DNA of 64,000 nt from Alphaproteobacteria bacterium (GCA_963422645.2 CAXXVO010000020.1:12378-76377); one strand, 5' to 3'. Positions 13,467 to 25,367 are shown, counted from the stretch's first letter. Numbers and translations are program-made. The notes: a model not told the origin generated them from the sequence alone.

Positions 13467-13784
13467 TCAAGGCTCGGGTTGTGCCGGCGCCGCCTTGTCG
13501 ATGCCGACCACCAGGGCGGCATCGTCGTCGGAATCGATATCGGCGATCACCTCATCGCTGGCGTCGTCGGTCTCGTCCACCGCTGCTTTGATGCCGGTGC
13601 CCACGCTGGCTGGCGGCGGCGACGGTTCCGGCTGCGCCGGCGGCCGACGGCGATTCGGCCGAGGCGTCTCGACTTCGATCTCGGTGCCGCACTTGGGGCA
13701 TGCGATTGGTTTGCGATGCAAGTCGTAGAACTTCACGCCGCAACCCATGCAGGTACGCTTGGCGCCCCATTCCCGCTTTGCCAC
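13467..13784 (-). CDS. FYDLN-acid (TIGR02300-type) zinc-ribbon protein
   Basis: WGAKRTCMGCGVKFYDL...CPKCG plus acidic tail; typically sits between aroA and tRNA-Ala in alphaproteobacteria. Confidence 0.88.
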   Translation of the reverse strand: MAKREWGAKRTCMGCGVKFYDLHRKPIACPKCGTEIEVETPRPNRRRPPAQPEPSPPPASVGTGIKAAVDETDDASDEVIADIDSDDDAALVVGIDKAAPAQPEP

Positions 13785-13972
13785 GCCCGTGCCTCCCTTT
13801 CTTGATTTAATTGTGGCCGTCGCCAATGCCAGTTTGGCGCGCCCCTGTCAAAATCAATTTTTGTTATGGATTCGGCGCCGCTTGACGCCGCCCGGCGCTG
13901 TGCTAGAGACGGGGCTTGTCCCAGCCCATGTCCAGGCTTCGCGCGCGCCGCGAGCACTGCGCCGGAGAGCAC

Positions 13973-15301
13973 GTGCCGAACCCCCTGATCTCGTCGGCTG
14001 CCGGCCCTCTGAAGGGAACTTGCGCCCTGCCCGGCGACAAGTCCATTTCCCACCGTGCGCTCATGCTCGGCGCGCTCGCGGTCGGCGAGACGCGGGTAAG
14101 CGGTCTTCTTGAGGGGGAGGACGTCGCGGCGACCGCGGCAGCGCTCCGTGCCCTCGGGGCAACCATCGAGCGGGCCGATGACGGAAGCTGGCAGGTGTCG
14201 GGCGTCGGTGTCGGCGGGCTGGCCGAGCCAAGCGAAGTGCTCGACCTCGGCAACTCCGGAACTGCGGTGCGCCTGCTTGCAGGGATCTGCGCAAGCCACG
14301 GGTTCACCACCTTCATGACCGGCGACGCCTCGCTCCGGCGGCGACCGATGAGCCGGATCATCGAACCGCTTGAGCGAGTGGGCGCCCGCTTCGAGGCTCG
14401 CAGCGGCGGGCGCCTGCCGCTCGCGGTGATCGGCGCCGACCAGCCGCTGCCGATCGAGTATCGGCTGCCGGTGCCGTCGGCGCAGGTGAAGTCGGCGGTG
14501 CTGCTCGCCGGCCTCAACGCACCGGGGGAGACCCGTGTGATCGAGCCCGCGCCGAGCCGCGATCACAGCGAGCGCATGCTGCGCCGCTTCGGCGCACGCG
14601 TCGGCGTCGAAACCGATCGCGACGGCGGCAGCGTCATTTACGTCTCCGGCTACCCGGAGCTCGAGCCCTGCACGCTGACGGTGCCGGGGGACCCGAGCGC
14701 TGCGGCCTTCCCCCTCGCTGCCGCACTGATCGTGCCGGGCTCCGACCTCGCGATCCGCAACGTGGGCGTCAATCCCGGCAGGATCGGCCTGCTGGAGACC
14801 CTGCGGGACATGGGTGCGGCGATCGAGATGGGCTCCGCGCGCGAGGAGGGCGGCGAGCCGGTGGCCGATATCGCCGTGCGCGCCGGCCCCTTGCGGGCGG
14901 TCGAGGTGCCGGCAGAGCGGGCGCCGCGCATGATTGACGAGTATCCCATCCTGAGCGTCATCGCCGCCTGCGCAGACGGCACCACGCGCCTGAAGGGCCT
15001 CACCGAGCTTCGCGTCAAGGAGAGCGACAGGCTGGGCGCGACTGCTGCGGGCCTGCGCGCGGCGGGAGTGAGCGTGACGGAGCGGGACGACGGGCTCGAC
15101 ATCGAGGGTTGTGGCGGCCCGCCGCCCGGCGGCGGCCTGGTCGCGACCCATCTCGATCATCGCATCGCCATGGCCTTCCTCATTCTCGGGATGGCAAGCG
15201 AAAAACCCATGACGGTCGACGACGGGTCGATGATCGGCACGAGCTATCCGGGCTTCGTCGCCGACATGAACCGTCTGGGAGCCTCGATTGCCGCAGAGTG
15301 A
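13973..15301 (+). CDS. aroA: EPSP synthase
   Basis: PGDKSISHR, GNSGT, SAQVKS, RVKESDR, DHRIAM. Confidence 0.97.
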   Translation: MPNPLISSAAGPLKGTCALPGDKSISHRALMLGALAVGETRVSGLLEGEDVAATAAALRALGATIERADDGSWQVSGVGVGGLAEPSEVLDLGNSGTAVRLLAGICASHGFTTFMTGDASLRRRPMSRIIEPLERVGARFEARSGGRLPLAVIGADQPLPIEYRLPVPSAQVKSAVLLAGLNAPGETRVIEPAPSRDHSERMLRRFGARVGVETDRDGGSVIYVSGYPELEPCTLTVPGDPSAAAFPLAAALIVPGSDLAIRNVGVNPGRIGLLETLRDMGAAIEMGSAREEGGEPVADIAVRAGPLRAVEVPAERAPRMIDEYPILSVIAACADGTTRLKGLTELRVKESDRLGATAAGLRAAGVSVTERDDGLDIEGCGGPPPGGGLVATHLDHRIAMAFLILGMASEKPMTVDDGSMIGTSYPGFVADMNRLGASIAAE

Positions 15302-15941
15302 GCCGGCGCCGCTGATCATCGCGGTCGACGGGCCGGCGGCGGCGGGGAAGGGAACCCTCGGCCGCCGCCTCGCGGCGCACTACGGGCTGCGCCACCTCGA
15401 TACCGGCGTGCTTTATCGCGCGACGGCACTCCGCCTGTTGCGGTCCGGCGGGGATCCGGCGCGGGAAGGGGAGGCGGCGGACGCGGCGCGCACCGTCACC
15501 GAAGCCGACCTCGACGATCCGGCGTTGCGTGGCGAGGAAGTGGGGCAGACGGCTTCGGTGGTGGCGGCCCACGGAGCCGTGCGCGGGGCTCTGCTCGACT
15601 ATCAGCGGAGCTTCGCCGCCGGGCCGCCGGGCGCCGTGCTGGACGGGCGGGATATCGGCACCGTGGTCTGCCCGGACGCGCGGGTGAAGATTTATCTGGA
15701 GGCGAGCGCCGAAGTGCGGGCCAGACGCCGCCTTTGTGAGTTGCGGTCAAGGGGCGTCGAAGGTATAGAATCTCGTGTTTTGGATGAAATTATCGCTCGC
15801 GACGTCCGCGACAGCCGGCGTAGCGCCGCACCCTTGAAGCCGGCGGCAGACGCAAGTCGGATCGATACCACCGCTCTCGGACCCGATGAGGTGTTCGGGC
15901 AAGCGGTGGCGATCGTCGACTCGCGTCTTCGTTCCTCGTAG
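15288..15941 (+). CDS. cmk: cytidylate kinase
   Basis: IAVDGPAAAGKGT, DGRDIGTVV. Confidence 0.96.
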   Translation: MPQSEPAPLIIAVDGPAAAGKGTLGRRLAAHYGLRHLDTGVLYRATALRLLRSGGDPAREGEAADAARTVTEADLDDPALRGEEVGQTASVVAAHGAVRGALLDYQRSFAAGPPGAVLDGRDIGTVVCPDARVKIYLEASAEVRARRRLCELRSRGVEGIESRVLDEIIARDVRDSRRSAAPLKPAADASRIDTTALGPDEVFGQAVAIVDSRLRSS

Positions 15942-16050
15942 CGACGGGTATCGGAACCCCCGCCGAGGCGCCGCGCCCACCCAATCAATGCCGCGGCCTA
16001 TGCCGGGCAAGCCTTGCGCGAGAGCGCTTACCGATGATGCTGGAGATCAG

Positions 16051-17805
16051 ATGACGGCAGAGACAGCAGAAGCAACAGAGCAGGCCACTGCGGCGAAAGA
16101 GTCGTTCGCGGACATGCTCGACACCTTCCTCGACGACACGCCCCGCTTCGAGGGCGGCGTCGTCAAGGGCACCATTCTCGCAATCGAGAACGACGCCGCC
16201 CTGATCGATGTCGGGCTCAAGGTGGAAGGTCGCGTTCCGCTCAAGGAATTCGCCGCGCCCGGGCAGGCGGCCGAGGTGAAGGTGGGCGACGAGGTCGAGG
16301 TCTATATCGAGCGCTTCGAGACCGCGCGCGGCGAGGCCTCGCTCAGCCGCGAGCGGGCGCGCCGCGAGGAGGCCTGGGAGAAGCTGGAGCAGGCCTACAA
16401 GGATGGCGAGCGGGTCACAGGCGTCATCTTCGGCCGGGTCAAGGGCGGCTTCACGGTCGATCTCGACGGAGCCGTGGCGTTTCTGCCGGGAAGCCAGGCG
16501 GATATCCGGCCGGTGCGCGACATCGCGCCCCTGGTGGGCACCGACCAGCCCTTCCAGATCCTCAAGATGGACCGCCGCCGGGGGAACATCGTCGTCTCCC
16601 GCCGCGCGGTGCTGGAGGACACCCGGGCCGAGCAGCGCAACGAGCTGATCGCCAACCTCCACGAGGGGCAAATTCTCGAAGGCGTGGTCAAGAACATCAC
16701 CGACTACGGCGCATTCGTCGATCTCGGTGGCGTGGACGGCCTGCTGCACGTGACCGACATCTCGTGGCGCCGGGTCAACCATCCGTCGGACGCCCTGCAG
16801 ATCGGCCAGACCGTCAACGTCCAGGTGATTCGCTTCAATCCCGAGACCCAGAGAATCTCTCTCGGCATGAAGCAGCTCGAAGCCGACCCTTGGGAAGGGG
16901 TCGAAGCGAAGTATCCGGTCAGGACGAAGTTCACCGGCCGGGTGACGAACATCACCGATTACGGCGCGTTCGTGGAGCTGGAGCCGGGTGTCGAGGGCCT
17001 GGTCCATGTCTCCGAAATGAGCTGGACCAAGAAGAACGTGCATCCGGGCAAGATCATTTCGACCAGCCAGGAGGTCGAGGTGATGGTGCTCGATGTCGAT
17101 CCCGAGAAGCGCCGCGTGAGCCTCGGCCTCAAGCAGTGCCTGGACAATCCCTGGATCGTCTTCGCCGAGTCCCAGCCGGAGGGCTCGGTCGTCGAGGGCG
17201 AGATCAAGAACATCACCGAGTTCGGTCTCTTCGTCGAGTTGACGGGCGAGATCTACGGCATGGCGCATCTCTCCGATCTGGACTGGCTGACGCCTGGCGA
17301 AGAGGCGCTCAAGCGCTTCAAGAAGGGCGACGAGATGAAGGCCAAGGTGCTGACCGTCGACGTCGAGAAGGAGCGGATCGGGCTCGGGCTCAAGCAGCTC
17401 GACGACGATCCCTACCAGGGCGCGGACGCCCGGCGCGGCAAGACGGTGACCTGCACGGTCACCGCGGTGCACGAGCACAGCGTCGAGGTCGAAATCTTCG
17501 GATCGCTGCGGGGCGAAATCAAGCGCTCCGATCTCGCCCGCGATCGCGACGAGCAGCGACCCTCGCGCTTTGCGCCTGGCGACAAGGTGGACGCCAAGCT
17601 GCTGCAGATCGACCGCAACAGCCGGCGGATCACGCTCTCCATCAAGGCTCTCGAAGTGCAGGAAGAGAAGAAGGCGGTGCAGGATTACGGCTCCACCGAC
17701 AGCGGCGCCAGCCTCGGCGACATCCTGGGTGCCGCGCTCGATCGCAAAACTCAGGAAGAGGCCGCGCGTGCCTCGGAAGCCGAGGAATCGGCCGACGAGA
17801 GTTGA
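16051..17805 (+). CDS. rpsA: 30S ribosomal protein S1
   Basis: repeated S1 domains (VKNITDYGAFVDLG); GGAG RBS. Confidence 0.97.
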   Translation: MTAETAEATEQATAAKESFADMLDTFLDDTPRFEGGVVKGTILAIENDAALIDVGLKVEGRVPLKEFAAPGQAAEVKVGDEVEVYIERFETARGEASLSRERARREEAWEKLEQAYKDGERVTGVIFGRVKGGFTVDLDGAVAFLPGSQADIRPVRDIAPLVGTDQPFQILKMDRRRGNIVVSRRAVLEDTRAEQRNELIANLHEGQILEGVVKNITDYGAFVDLGGVDGLLHVTDISWRRVNHPSDALQIGQTVNVQVIRFNPETQRISLGMKQLEADPWEGVEAKYPVRTKFTGRVTNITDYGAFVELEPGVEGLVHVSEMSWTKKNVHPGKIISTSQEVEVMVLDVDPEKRRVSLGLKQCLDNPWIVFAESQPEGSVVEGEIKNITEFGLFVELTGEIYGMAHLSDLDWLTPGEEALKRFKKGDEMKAKVLTVDVEKERIGLGLKQLDDDPYQGADARRGKTVTCTVTAVHEHSVEVEIFGSLRGEIKRSDLARDRDEQRPSRFAPGDKVDAKLLQIDRNSRRITLSIKALEVQEEKKAVQDYGSTDSGASLGDILGAALDRKTQEEAARASEAEESADES

Positions 17806-17849
17806 GGCGCGCGCCGTGACCTCCTTCTAGTCTATCGTCCGGGAGGGAG

Positions 17850-18761
17850 ATGGCGAGCCTGGATCCCGACAGGTTGCTGGACCGCCGCCGTCTCAAGCGG
17901 GGCGTCGCAATCTGGCGCGCCCTTGCCATCGTTGCGCTGGTTGCCGCGATTCTGGTCGGGGCGGCGCCCTTCGTCTTCGACGATGGCGAGCGCGTCGCCC
18001 GACTCTGGGTCAACGGGCTGATCGAGGATAGCCCCAGGCGCGACCGCCTCATCGCCGATCTTCGAGACGACGATGAGGTGAAGGCGGTAGTGCTGCGGCT
18101 CGACTCCGCCGGCGGCACGGCGGTCGGCGGCGAAGCGCTCTATCTCAGCCTGCGTTCCCTCGCCGAGGAGAAGCCGGTGGTCGCCGTTCTCGGCACCACG
18201 GCGACCTCTGCGGCATACATGGCGGCGCTCGCCGCAGATCACGTGCTGGCCCGCGAGGCGTCGATCACGGGCTCGATCGGAGTCCTGTTCCAGACCGCCG
18301 AGTTCTCCGCGCTCCTGGAGGAGATCGGGGTGCGTGCGGAGGCGATTCGCAGCGGGCCGCTGAAGGCGAAGCCCTCGGTCTACGAGCAGCTGGACGACCC
18401 GACTCGCCAAACCATGCGGAGCGTGGTGAGCGACACCTACGAGTTGTTCCTCCGCCTTTTGATGGAGCGCCGCTCGCTCGACCGCGAAAGGGCGCTGCCG
18501 CTCGCGGACGGACGCGTCTTCACCGGCCGGCAGGCGGTGCAGGCGGGTCTGGTCGATGCCATTGGCGGCGAAGAGGAAGCGCGTGCGTGGCTCGCGCAGG
18601 CTCACGGCGTGCCGGAGACCATTCCGGCTGCGGATGTGGTGACCGGTGAGGAAGGCGGCCTGCTGGGCACCATCGATGCGGCGCTCAAGCGGACCCTGCC
18701 GGTGCGAACGCTCGCCCTTGACGGCCTGATCGCCGTTTGGCACCCTGAGTTATCGGACTGA
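17850..18761 (+). CDS. sppA: signal peptide peptidase (S49)
   Basis: N-terminal TM, DSAGG, SAAY, GSIGV, DGRVFTGRQA. Confidence 0.9.
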   Translation: MASLDPDRLLDRRRLKRGVAIWRALAIVALVAAILVGAAPFVFDDGERVARLWVNGLIEDSPRRDRLIADLRDDDEVKAVVLRLDSAGGTAVGGEALYLSLRSLAEEKPVVAVLGTTATSAAYMAALAADHVLAREASITGSIGVLFQTAEFSALLEEIGVRAEAIRSGPLKAKPSVYEQLDDPTRQTMRSVVSDTYELFLRLLMERRSLDRERALPLADGRVFTGRQAVQAGLVDAIGGEEEARAWLAQAHGVPETIPAADVVTGEEGGLLGTIDAALKRTLPVRTLALDGLIAVWHPELSD

Positions 18762-18827
18762 AATGGCGGCGTTCTCGGCCCTTCAGCACACGGGTCGAGA
18801 GCACGCGTGCGGTGGGGTAATACGAGA

Positions 18828-19115
18828 ATGACCAAGTCCGAACTCATCCAGCTGCTGGCGGAGAAGCACGCCGACCAGCACCTCTATCACCGCGATTACC
18901 AACGCGTGGTGAACCGGATTTTCACGGAGATCAGCGATGCGCTGGCCCAGGGCGACCGGGTGGAGCTTCGCGGTTTCGGTGCGTTTTCGGTCCGCCGGCG
19001 GGGCGCGCGGGTCGGCCGCAATCCGCGTACCGGTGCGGCGGTGCGCGTGGACAAGAAATTCCTGCCCTTCTTCAAGACCGGCAAGGAGCTGCGCGAGCGG
19101 ATCAACGGCGAGTGA
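18828..19115 (+). CDS. ihfB: integration host factor subunit beta
   Basis: [34 protein letters not shown]. Confidence 0.95.
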   Translation: MTKSELIQLLAEKHADQHLYHRDYQRVVNRIFTEISDALAQGDRVELRGFGAFSVRRRGARVGRNPRTGAAVRVDKKFLPFFKTGKELRERINGE

Positions 19116-19210
19116 GCATCGCGGCCTGAACCGCGCGCGGCGGTCAGGGAGCACGACCGCCGAAAGTCGCGCCCGAGGGCCCGCGCGACGCGGCGCAGAA
19201 GAGCAAGCTC

Positions 19211-19567
19211 ATGAGGATACTCGCCTGGGCGATCGCAGGGGCGGTGGCGGTGATCGTCATCGCCTTCGCCGTGGCGAACCGCGGCCCCGTGACGATCAGC
19301 GTGGCGCCGCTTCCCTACAAGCTCGATATTCCGATGTGGGCGCTGGCAGTGGGGGCGCTGGTGGTGGGGTTCCTGACCGGTGCCCTGGTCCGCTGGCTGC
19401 TCGACCATAAGGTGCGCCGCATGGCGCGCCGGGGCCGCAGGCGTGCACGCGTCCTGGAACAAGAGCTCGCCGGCGCGCGCAAGAAGCTGGACGAGGCGGT
19501 GCGCGCCCAACGGGCGGCGGTTCCGACGGCCGCGCGCGTCTCTCTCACGCCCAAGGATCTCGCCTAA
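19211..19567 (+). CDS. lapA: LapA-family membrane protein
   Basis: FAVANR plus two TM segments, directly after ihfB. Confidence 0.8.
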   Translation: MRILAWAIAGAVAVIVIAFAVANRGPVTISVAPLPYKLDIPMWALAVGALVVGFLTGALVRWLLDHKVRRMARRGRRRARVLEQELAGARKKLDEAVRAQRAAVPTAARVSLTPKDLA

Positions 19568-19617
19568 GCCTGATGTCTCGCCAGCGACATGGTGAGAAAT
19601 GCGGGGTAGGGTAGGCC

Positions 19618-20292
19618 ATGTCTGTTGAGGTCAAAACCTGCGGACTGAGCGACCGCCCCGCCGTCGATGCGGCGCTGGCCGGCGGCGCGCGCTTCCTGGG
19701 CTTCGTGTTCTTTCCGCCCTCGCCGCGCGACGTGGCGCCCGGCTGTGCCGCGGCCTCGAGTGCGGGCTTGCCGGAGGGCGTCGCCACCGTCGGCGTCGTC
19801 GTCGAGCCCGACGACGAGTTTCTCGACGCTATACTTTCTGAGATGCGACTCGACTATATCCAGCTCCACGGAAACGAGAGCCCGGCGCGGGCGGAGGCCG
19901 TTCGCGCGCGCACCGGGTGCAGAATCATCAAGGCGATCAGCGTGTCCCAAGCATCCGACATTGCCCGTGCCGACGACTATGGCGAGAGCGCTGACCTGAT
20001 CCTGTTCGACGCCAAGGCGACGGCCGACGACACCCGCCCCGGCGGCAACGCGCGGAGCTTCGACTGGCAATTGTTCGAGACCGCGCCGCCGCCATCGACC
20101 GGGTGGCTGCTCTCCGGCGGTCTGGATGCCGACAATGTCGGCGAGGCGATCAGGATCACGGGCGCCCGGGTGGTCGACGTGTCGTCCGGCATCGAGTCCG
20201 CGCCGGGGCGCAAGGACCCTGAGAAGATCAGCGCTTTCCTCGCCGCCGCGGCGGCGGCTGCGGCGCCGATACCGAATGAGGCACAGGCATGA
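19618..20292 (+). CDS. trpF: phosphoribosylanthranilate isomerase
   Basis: [26 protein letters not shown]. Confidence 0.96.
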   Translation: MSVEVKTCGLSDRPAVDAALAGGARFLGFVFFPPSPRDVAPGCAAASSAGLPEGVATVGVVVEPDDEFLDAILSEMRLDYIQLHGNESPARAEAVRARTGCRIIKAISVSQASDIARADDYGESADLILFDAKATADDTRPGGNARSFDWQLFETAPPPSTGWLLSGGLDADNVGEAIRITGARVVDVSSGIESAPGRKDPEKISAFLAAAAAAAAPIPNEAQA

Positions 20293-21500
20293 GCGCACGC
20301 GGCGCCAATCGGCCCGGCCCCGACGCGGAGGGGCACTTCGGCATTTACGGCGGACGCTACGTCGCCGAGACGCTGATGCCGCTGATCCTCGATCTGGAGA
20401 AGGCCTACGAGGCGGCGAAGGACGATCCCGAGTACACCGCGGAGTTCGAGCGCCTGCTCAGCCACTACGTCGGCCGGCCCAGCCCGCTCTATCACGCCGA
20501 GCGCCTCAGCGAACACCTTGGCGGCGCGCGCATCTACTTCAAGCGGGACGAGCTCAACCACACCGGCGCGCACAAGATCAACAACTGCGTCGGCCAGATT
20601 CTGCTGGCGCGCCGCATGGGCAAGACCCGCATCATCGCCGAGACCGGGGCCGGCCAACACGGTGTCGCGACGGCGACGGTCTGCGCGCTCTTCGGCCTGC
20701 CCTGCACCGTCTACATGGGCGAGACCGATATCGAACGGCAGCAGCCCAACGTCTTTCGCATGAAGCTGCTGGGCGCCGAAGTGGTGCCCGTGGACTCAGG
20801 CTCGCGCACGCTGAAGGACGCCATGAACGAGGCGCTGCGCGATTGGGTGACCAACGTCGAGACGACCTTCTACCTGATCGGCACCGTCGCGGGCCCGCAT
20901 CCCTATCCCGCCATGGTGCGCGACTTCCAGTCGGTGATCGGACAGGAGACCCGCGAGCAGATCATGGCGGCGGAGGGCCGGCTGCCGGACACGCTGGTCG
21001 CCTGCGTCGGCGGCGGCTCCAACGCCATCGGCCTGTTCCACCCCTTCCTCGACGAAGAGGGCGTGCGCATGGTCGGCGTCGAGGCCGCCGGCCACGGGAT
21101 CGAGAGCGGCAAGCACGCCGCGTCTCTGTCCGCCGGCTCTCCGGGCGTGCTGCACGGCAACCGGACCTATCTGCTGCAGGACGAGCACGGCCAGATCATC
21201 GAGGCGCATTCGATCTCCGCCGGGCTCGACTATCCGGGCATCGGGCCGGAGCACGCGTGGTTGCGCGACTCGGGCCGCGTCAACTATGTGGCGATCACCG
21301 ATGAGCAGGCGCTCGATGCTTTTCACCTGTGCGCGCGGCTTGAGGGGATCATTCCCGCGCTGGAGCCCGCCCACGCGCTGGCCCATGTGGCGGAGCTGGC
21401 GCCGGGCCTGCCGAATGACCACATCCTCGTCATGAACATGTGCGGCCGGGGCGACAAGGATATCTTCACCGTCGCCGATACGATGGGTGCAGCGCTGTGA
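20289..21500 (+). CDS. trpB: tryptophan synthase beta
   Basis: [25 protein letters not shown]. Confidence 0.98.
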   Translation: MSARGANRPGPDAEGHFGIYGGRYVAETLMPLILDLEKAYEAAKDDPEYTAEFERLLSHYVGRPSPLYHAERLSEHLGGARIYFKRDELNHTGAHKINNCVGQILLARRMGKTRIIAETGAGQHGVATATVCALFGLPCTVYMGETDIERQQPNVFRMKLLGAEVVPVDSGSRTLKDAMNEALRDWVTNVETTFYLIGTVAGPHPYPAMVRDFQSVIGQETREQIMAAEGRLPDTLVACVGGGSNAIGLFHPFLDEEGVRMVGVEAAGHGIESGKHAASLSAGSPGVLHGNRTYLLQDEHGQIIEAHSISAGLDYPGIGPEHAWLRDSGRVNYVAITDEQALDAFHLCARLEGIIPALEPAHALAHVAELAPGLPNDHILVMNMCGRGDKDIFTVADTMGAAL

Positions 21501-22336
21501 GCGGGCGGATCGAGCGGCGCTTCACCGCGCTCGCCGAGGAGGGCCGGGCCGGGCTCGTCACCTTCACGATGATGGGCGACCCGGACATCGAGACTTCCTA
21601 CACCATCCTGGAAGGGCTCGCCGAGGCCGGTGCCGATGTTATCGAGATCGGCTCGCCCTTCACCGATCCGATGGCCGATGGGCCGGTGATTCAGCGGGCG
21701 GGCCAGCGCGCGCTCCGCGCCGGCATCACGCTCGGCAAGTCGCTTGAGCTGGCGCGGCGCTTCCGGGCGCAGGACGACACGACGCCGCTGGTCCTGATGG
21801 GCTACTACAATCCGATCTACATCTATGGCGTGGAGCGCTTCCTGAACGATGCGCTGGAGGTCGGGCTCGACGGCATGATCGTGGTCGATCTGCCGCCAGA
21901 GGAGGATGCCGAGCTGTGCCGGCCGGCGCTCGACGCGGGGCTCTCCTTCGTGCGCCTGGTAGCGCCGACGACCGACGAGGCCCGTCTGCCGGCCGTCCTG
22001 ACCAACACCAGCGGCTTCGTCTATTACATCTCGATCACCGGGATCACCGGCGCGGCCGGCGCCACCACCGCCGCGACGCAAAAGGCGGTCGACCGGCTGA
22101 GGCGCCATACGGCGCTGCCCATTGCGGTTGGCTTCGGCATCAAGACGCCGGATCAGGCGGCGGAGGTCGCGCGGGTGGCGGACGCTGCGGTCGTGGGTTC
22201 CGCCCTAATCTCGGCGATCGAGGAGGCGTTGGACGCGGACGGCGGGGCGACGGCCGCCTGCCGCGATAACGCGCTCGCGCTGGTGCGCGCGCTCGGCGAG
22301 GGCGTGCGCGCGGCGCGGCAGGAGGCTGCATCGTGA
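21497..22336 (+). CDS. trpA: tryptophan synthase alpha
   Basis: [25 protein letters not shown]. Confidence 0.97.
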   Translation: MSGRIERRFTALAEEGRAGLVTFTMMGDPDIETSYTILEGLAEAGADVIEIGSPFTDPMADGPVIQRAGQRALRAGITLGKSLELARRFRAQDDTTPLVLMGYYNPIYIYGVERFLNDALEVGLDGMIVVDLPPEEDAELCRPALDAGLSFVRLVAPTTDEARLPAVLTNTSGFVYYISITGITGAAGATTAATQKAVDRLRRHTALPIAVGFGIKTPDQAAEVARVADAAVVGSALISAIEEALDADGGATAACRDNALALVRALGEGVRAARQEAAS

Positions 22337-23268
22337 GCTGGCTCGACCGATTCTCGCGCCCCAAGGTGAGCGGCCTGTTCCGCAAGACCGACATCCCCCA
22401 GGACCTGTGGGAGAAGTGCGAGAAGTGCGAACAGATGATTTTTCACCGCGAGCTGGAGAGCAATCTCCGGGTCTGCCCGCGCTGCGACCATCACATGCGG
22501 CTCGGCGCCGAGCCGCGGCTCGCGCAGCTCTTCGACGAGGAGAAATATCAGAGTATCGAGCTGCCGGCGGTGGACGAGGATCCCCTCCGCTTCCGTGACC
22601 GCAAGCGCTATGCGGACCGCCTGCGCGAGGCGCGCAGCAAGACCGGCCATGACGACGCCATCGTGGTCGCTCACGGCCAGATCGGAGGCTCGCCGGCGGT
22701 CGTCGCCGCGTTCGATTTCGGCTTCCTCGGCGGCTCGATGGGCACCGCCGTCGGCGAAGGCCTGCTGGCCGCGGCCCGGCTCGCGGTGCTGCAGGAAGCG
22801 CCACTGATCGTGATCCCGTCCTCGGGCGGCGCACGGATGCAGGAGGGCGTGCTCTCGCTGATGCAGATGGCGCGCACCACCATCGCGGTCGACGAGCTGA
22901 AGGAAGCGGGCGTGCCCTATATCGTCCTTCTGACCAATCCGACGACCGGCGGCGTGACCGCCTCCTTCGCGATGCTCGGCGACATCGCCATCGCCGAGCC
23001 GGGAGCCGTGATCGGATTCGCGGGCCCGCGCGTGATCGAGGAGACGATCCGGGAGCGGCTGCCCGAGGGCTTTCAGCGCGCCGAATACCTGCGCGATCAC
23101 GGCATGGTCGACATGGTGGTGCATCGCCGCAAGCTGCGCGAGACCCTGTCGCTGCTGCTGTCGCTGCTGCGCGAGAAGAGGCCCGCGGCGGAGATCATCG
23201 CCCTGCACAGGAACGCGCCCGACACGGGCGGGGGCAGGGACCTGCCTGCATCGGCCAGCGCCGAGTAA
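22333..23268 (+). CDS. accD: acetyl-CoA carboxylase carboxyltransferase beta
   Basis: zinc finger, [24 protein letters not shown]. Confidence 0.97.
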   Translation: MSWLDRFSRPKVSGLFRKTDIPQDLWEKCEKCEQMIFHRELESNLRVCPRCDHHMRLGAEPRLAQLFDEEKYQSIELPAVDEDPLRFRDRKRYADRLREARSKTGHDDAIVVAHGQIGGSPAVVAAFDFGFLGGSMGTAVGEGLLAAARLAVLQEAPLIVIPSSGGARMQEGVLSLMQMARTTIAVDELKEAGVPYIVLLTNPTTGGVTASFAMLGDIAIAEPGAVIGFAGPRVIEETIRERLPEGFQRAEYLRDHGMVDMVVHRRKLRETLSLLLSLLREKRPAAEIIALHRNAPDTGGGRDLPASASAE

Positions 23269-23313
23269 GCGGCGCGCGGTCGCGTTCTCCGCGGCCTGCG
23301 CGTGCCGAGTAAA

Positions 23314-24624
23314 ATGAGCGTGGCGTCCAAGCCGGCAGCGCCGCGCGAAAGTGACGCGATCCTCGCCCGGCTGCTTGACCTCCATCCAAAGGCCATCGAT
23401 CTCTCGCTTGGGCGTATGACCCGGCTGCTCGATGCGCTCGGCAACCCGGAGCACGCCATGCCGCCGGTGATCCACGTCGCCGGCACCAACGGCAAGGGCA
23501 GCGTTGTCGCCTATCTCGAAGCGATGCTGCGCGCGGCGGGTTACCGGGTGAACAGCTACGTCTCGCCGCACCTGGTTCGCTTCGCCGAGCGGATCAGGCT
23601 GGACGGTGTGCCGATCGCCGAAGACTCGTTGCGCGGCAGCCTCGCCCATTGCGAGGCGGTCAACGAGGGGGCGCCGATCACCTACTTCGAGATCACCACG
23701 GCGGCGGCGTTCCACGCCTTCGAGCGCGATCCCTCCGATGTGCTGCTGCTGGAAGTCGGGCTCGGCGGCCGGCTCGACGCCACCAACGTGATCGCCCGCC
23801 CGGCGCTCACCGTCATCACCCCGGTCTCCATCGACCACACCCACTTTCTGGGCGAGACGCTCCCGCTGATTGCCGCCGAGAAGGCCGGAATTTTGAAACG
23901 GGGTGTGACTGGCGTGATCGGGCGACAGGAGGCGGATGCCGGCGCGGTCATCGAGGGTGTTGCCGAGCGAGTCGGCGCACCGCTCGCGCGGCTGGACCGG
24001 GAGTGGTCGTTCGAGCGCGCTGCGGAGCAACTGGTCGTCCGAGACGCCAGCGGCGGCGGGCGCTACCCGCTGCCGGGGCTCGCCGGCGGCCATCAGGTCG
24101 AGAACGCGGCGCTTGCCGCCGTCTGCGCGCGGCTGCTTCCCGGCATCGATGTCGGCGACGACGCCATCGCCCAAGGGCTGCGTCAGGCGCGCTGGCCGGG
24201 GCGGCTCCAGCGCATCCCCTGGGATGGCCTCGCCGAAGGCTGGGAGCTCTGGGTCGATGGCGGCCACAACGAGGCGGCTGCGATGGCGCTCGCGCGCGTC
24301 GCCGAGAGCTGGACCGACCGGCCCCTCGACCTCGTGGTCGGCATGCTGAACACGAGGCCGCCCGAGGATTATCTCAGGCCCTTAGCACCCTTCGTGCGGA
24401 GACTGGCGGCGGTGGCGATTCCCGATCAGCCCGCGAGCAGGGCGGCGGACGAGATCCACTCGGCCGCGCGCTCCTTCGATATTGCTTCGGAGACGGACAG
24501 CAGTGTCGGCGCGGCCGTCACGCGCCTCTCGTCGGGCGCGGCTAAGCCCAGCCGCATCCTGGTGTGCGGCTCGCTCTATCTCGCTGGCGACGTGCTGGCG
24601 ACAGCCGGCGTGCCGGCCGCTTGA
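23314..24624 (+). CDS. folC: folylpolyglutamate/dihydrofolate synthase
   Basis: HVAGTNGKGS, EVGLGGRLDATN, DGGHN, GSLYL. Confidence 0.96.
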   Translation: MSVASKPAAPRESDAILARLLDLHPKAIDLSLGRMTRLLDALGNPEHAMPPVIHVAGTNGKGSVVAYLEAMLRAAGYRVNSYVSPHLVRFAERIRLDGVPIAEDSLRGSLAHCEAVNEGAPITYFEITTAAAFHAFERDPSDVLLLEVGLGGRLDATNVIARPALTVITPVSIDHTHFLGETLPLIAAEKAGILKRGVTGVIGRQEADAGAVIEGVAERVGAPLARLDREWSFERAAEQLVVRDASGGGRYPLPGLAGGHQVENAALAAVCARLLPGIDVGDDAIAQGLRQARWPGRLQRIPWDGLAEGWELWVDGGHNEAAAMALARVAESWTDRPLDLVVGMLNTRPPEDYLRPLAPFVRRLAAVAIPDQPASRAADEIHSAARSFDIASETDSSVGAAVTRLSSGAAKPSRILVCGSLYLAGDVLATAGVPAA

Positions 24625-24634
24625 GCGGAGGAGG

Positions 24635-24955
24635 CTAGACCGCGCCGCGCAGCCACTCGGCGAGCTTGGCCTTGGGCAGCGCGCCGACCTTGGTGTCGGC
24701 GACCTCGCCGTTCTTGAAGAGGATCAGAGTCGGAATGCCTCGGATGCCGTACTTCGCCGGCGTCGAGGGGTTCGAGTCCACATCCAGCTTGGCGACCGAG
24801 AGCGAGTCGCTCATCTCGCCGGCGATCTCTTCGAGCGCAGGCGCGATCGCCTTGCACGGACCGCACCAGTCGGCCCAAAAGTCGACCAGCACCGGGCCCT
24901 CGGCGTTGAGGACCTTCTCTTCGAACTCGCCGTCTGTGACGTGGGTGACGCTCAT
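24635..24955 (-). CDS. trxA: thioredoxin
   Basis: WCGPCK, 106 aa. Confidence 0.97.
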   Translation of the reverse strand: MSVTHVTDGEFEEKVLNAEGPVLVDFWADWCGPCKAIAPALEEIAGEMSDSLSVAKLDVDSNPSTPAKYGIRGIPTLILFKNGEVADTKVGALPKAKLAEWLRGAV

Positions 24956-25042
24956 GGATACTCCTCCGGGGCGGCAGCAGTCGGAATGTAGGGAGCGCTC
25001 GGGGGCCCGTCAACGGGGCCCATGGTCGTTACTCGAACGCGG

Positions 25043-25336
25043 TCATTGTTCTGCCAGGAGCGCGGTCGCGATGGTGCGCCATTCGCGGCGCAGCGCCAGC
25101 TCCGACGCCGGGCGGCCCGCGCGCCGGTACCAGTAGCCCGCGTTGCGAGGGTCGCCCTCGACCCGGTGGAGATAGGCGTGGACCCAGGCGCCGGCCGCCC
25201 CCTTGTCCGCCTGGGCGAGGCCGTGGGCTTCGTCCCACGCGCCCTTCGCCTCCTGCCAGAGCGCCTGGAGCGGCTTGCTCAGGCCGTCTGGCGGTGCGGC
25301 GCCCTCGAGCGATTCTTCGAATGTGGCCATGTCCAT
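25043..25336 (-). CDS. conserved hypothetical protein
   Basis: WDEAH...AWVHAYLHRVEGD..NAGYWYRRAG, a motif familiar from small bacterial hypothetical proteins. Confidence 0.75.
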   Translation of the reverse strand: MDMATFEESLEGAAPPDGLSKPLQALWQEAKGAWDEAHGLAQADKGAAGAWVHAYLHRVEGDPRNAGYWYRRAGRPASELALRREWRTIATALLAEQ

Positions 25337-25367
25337 GACGCGTCTCCCATGAGTCCTCACCCCGCTG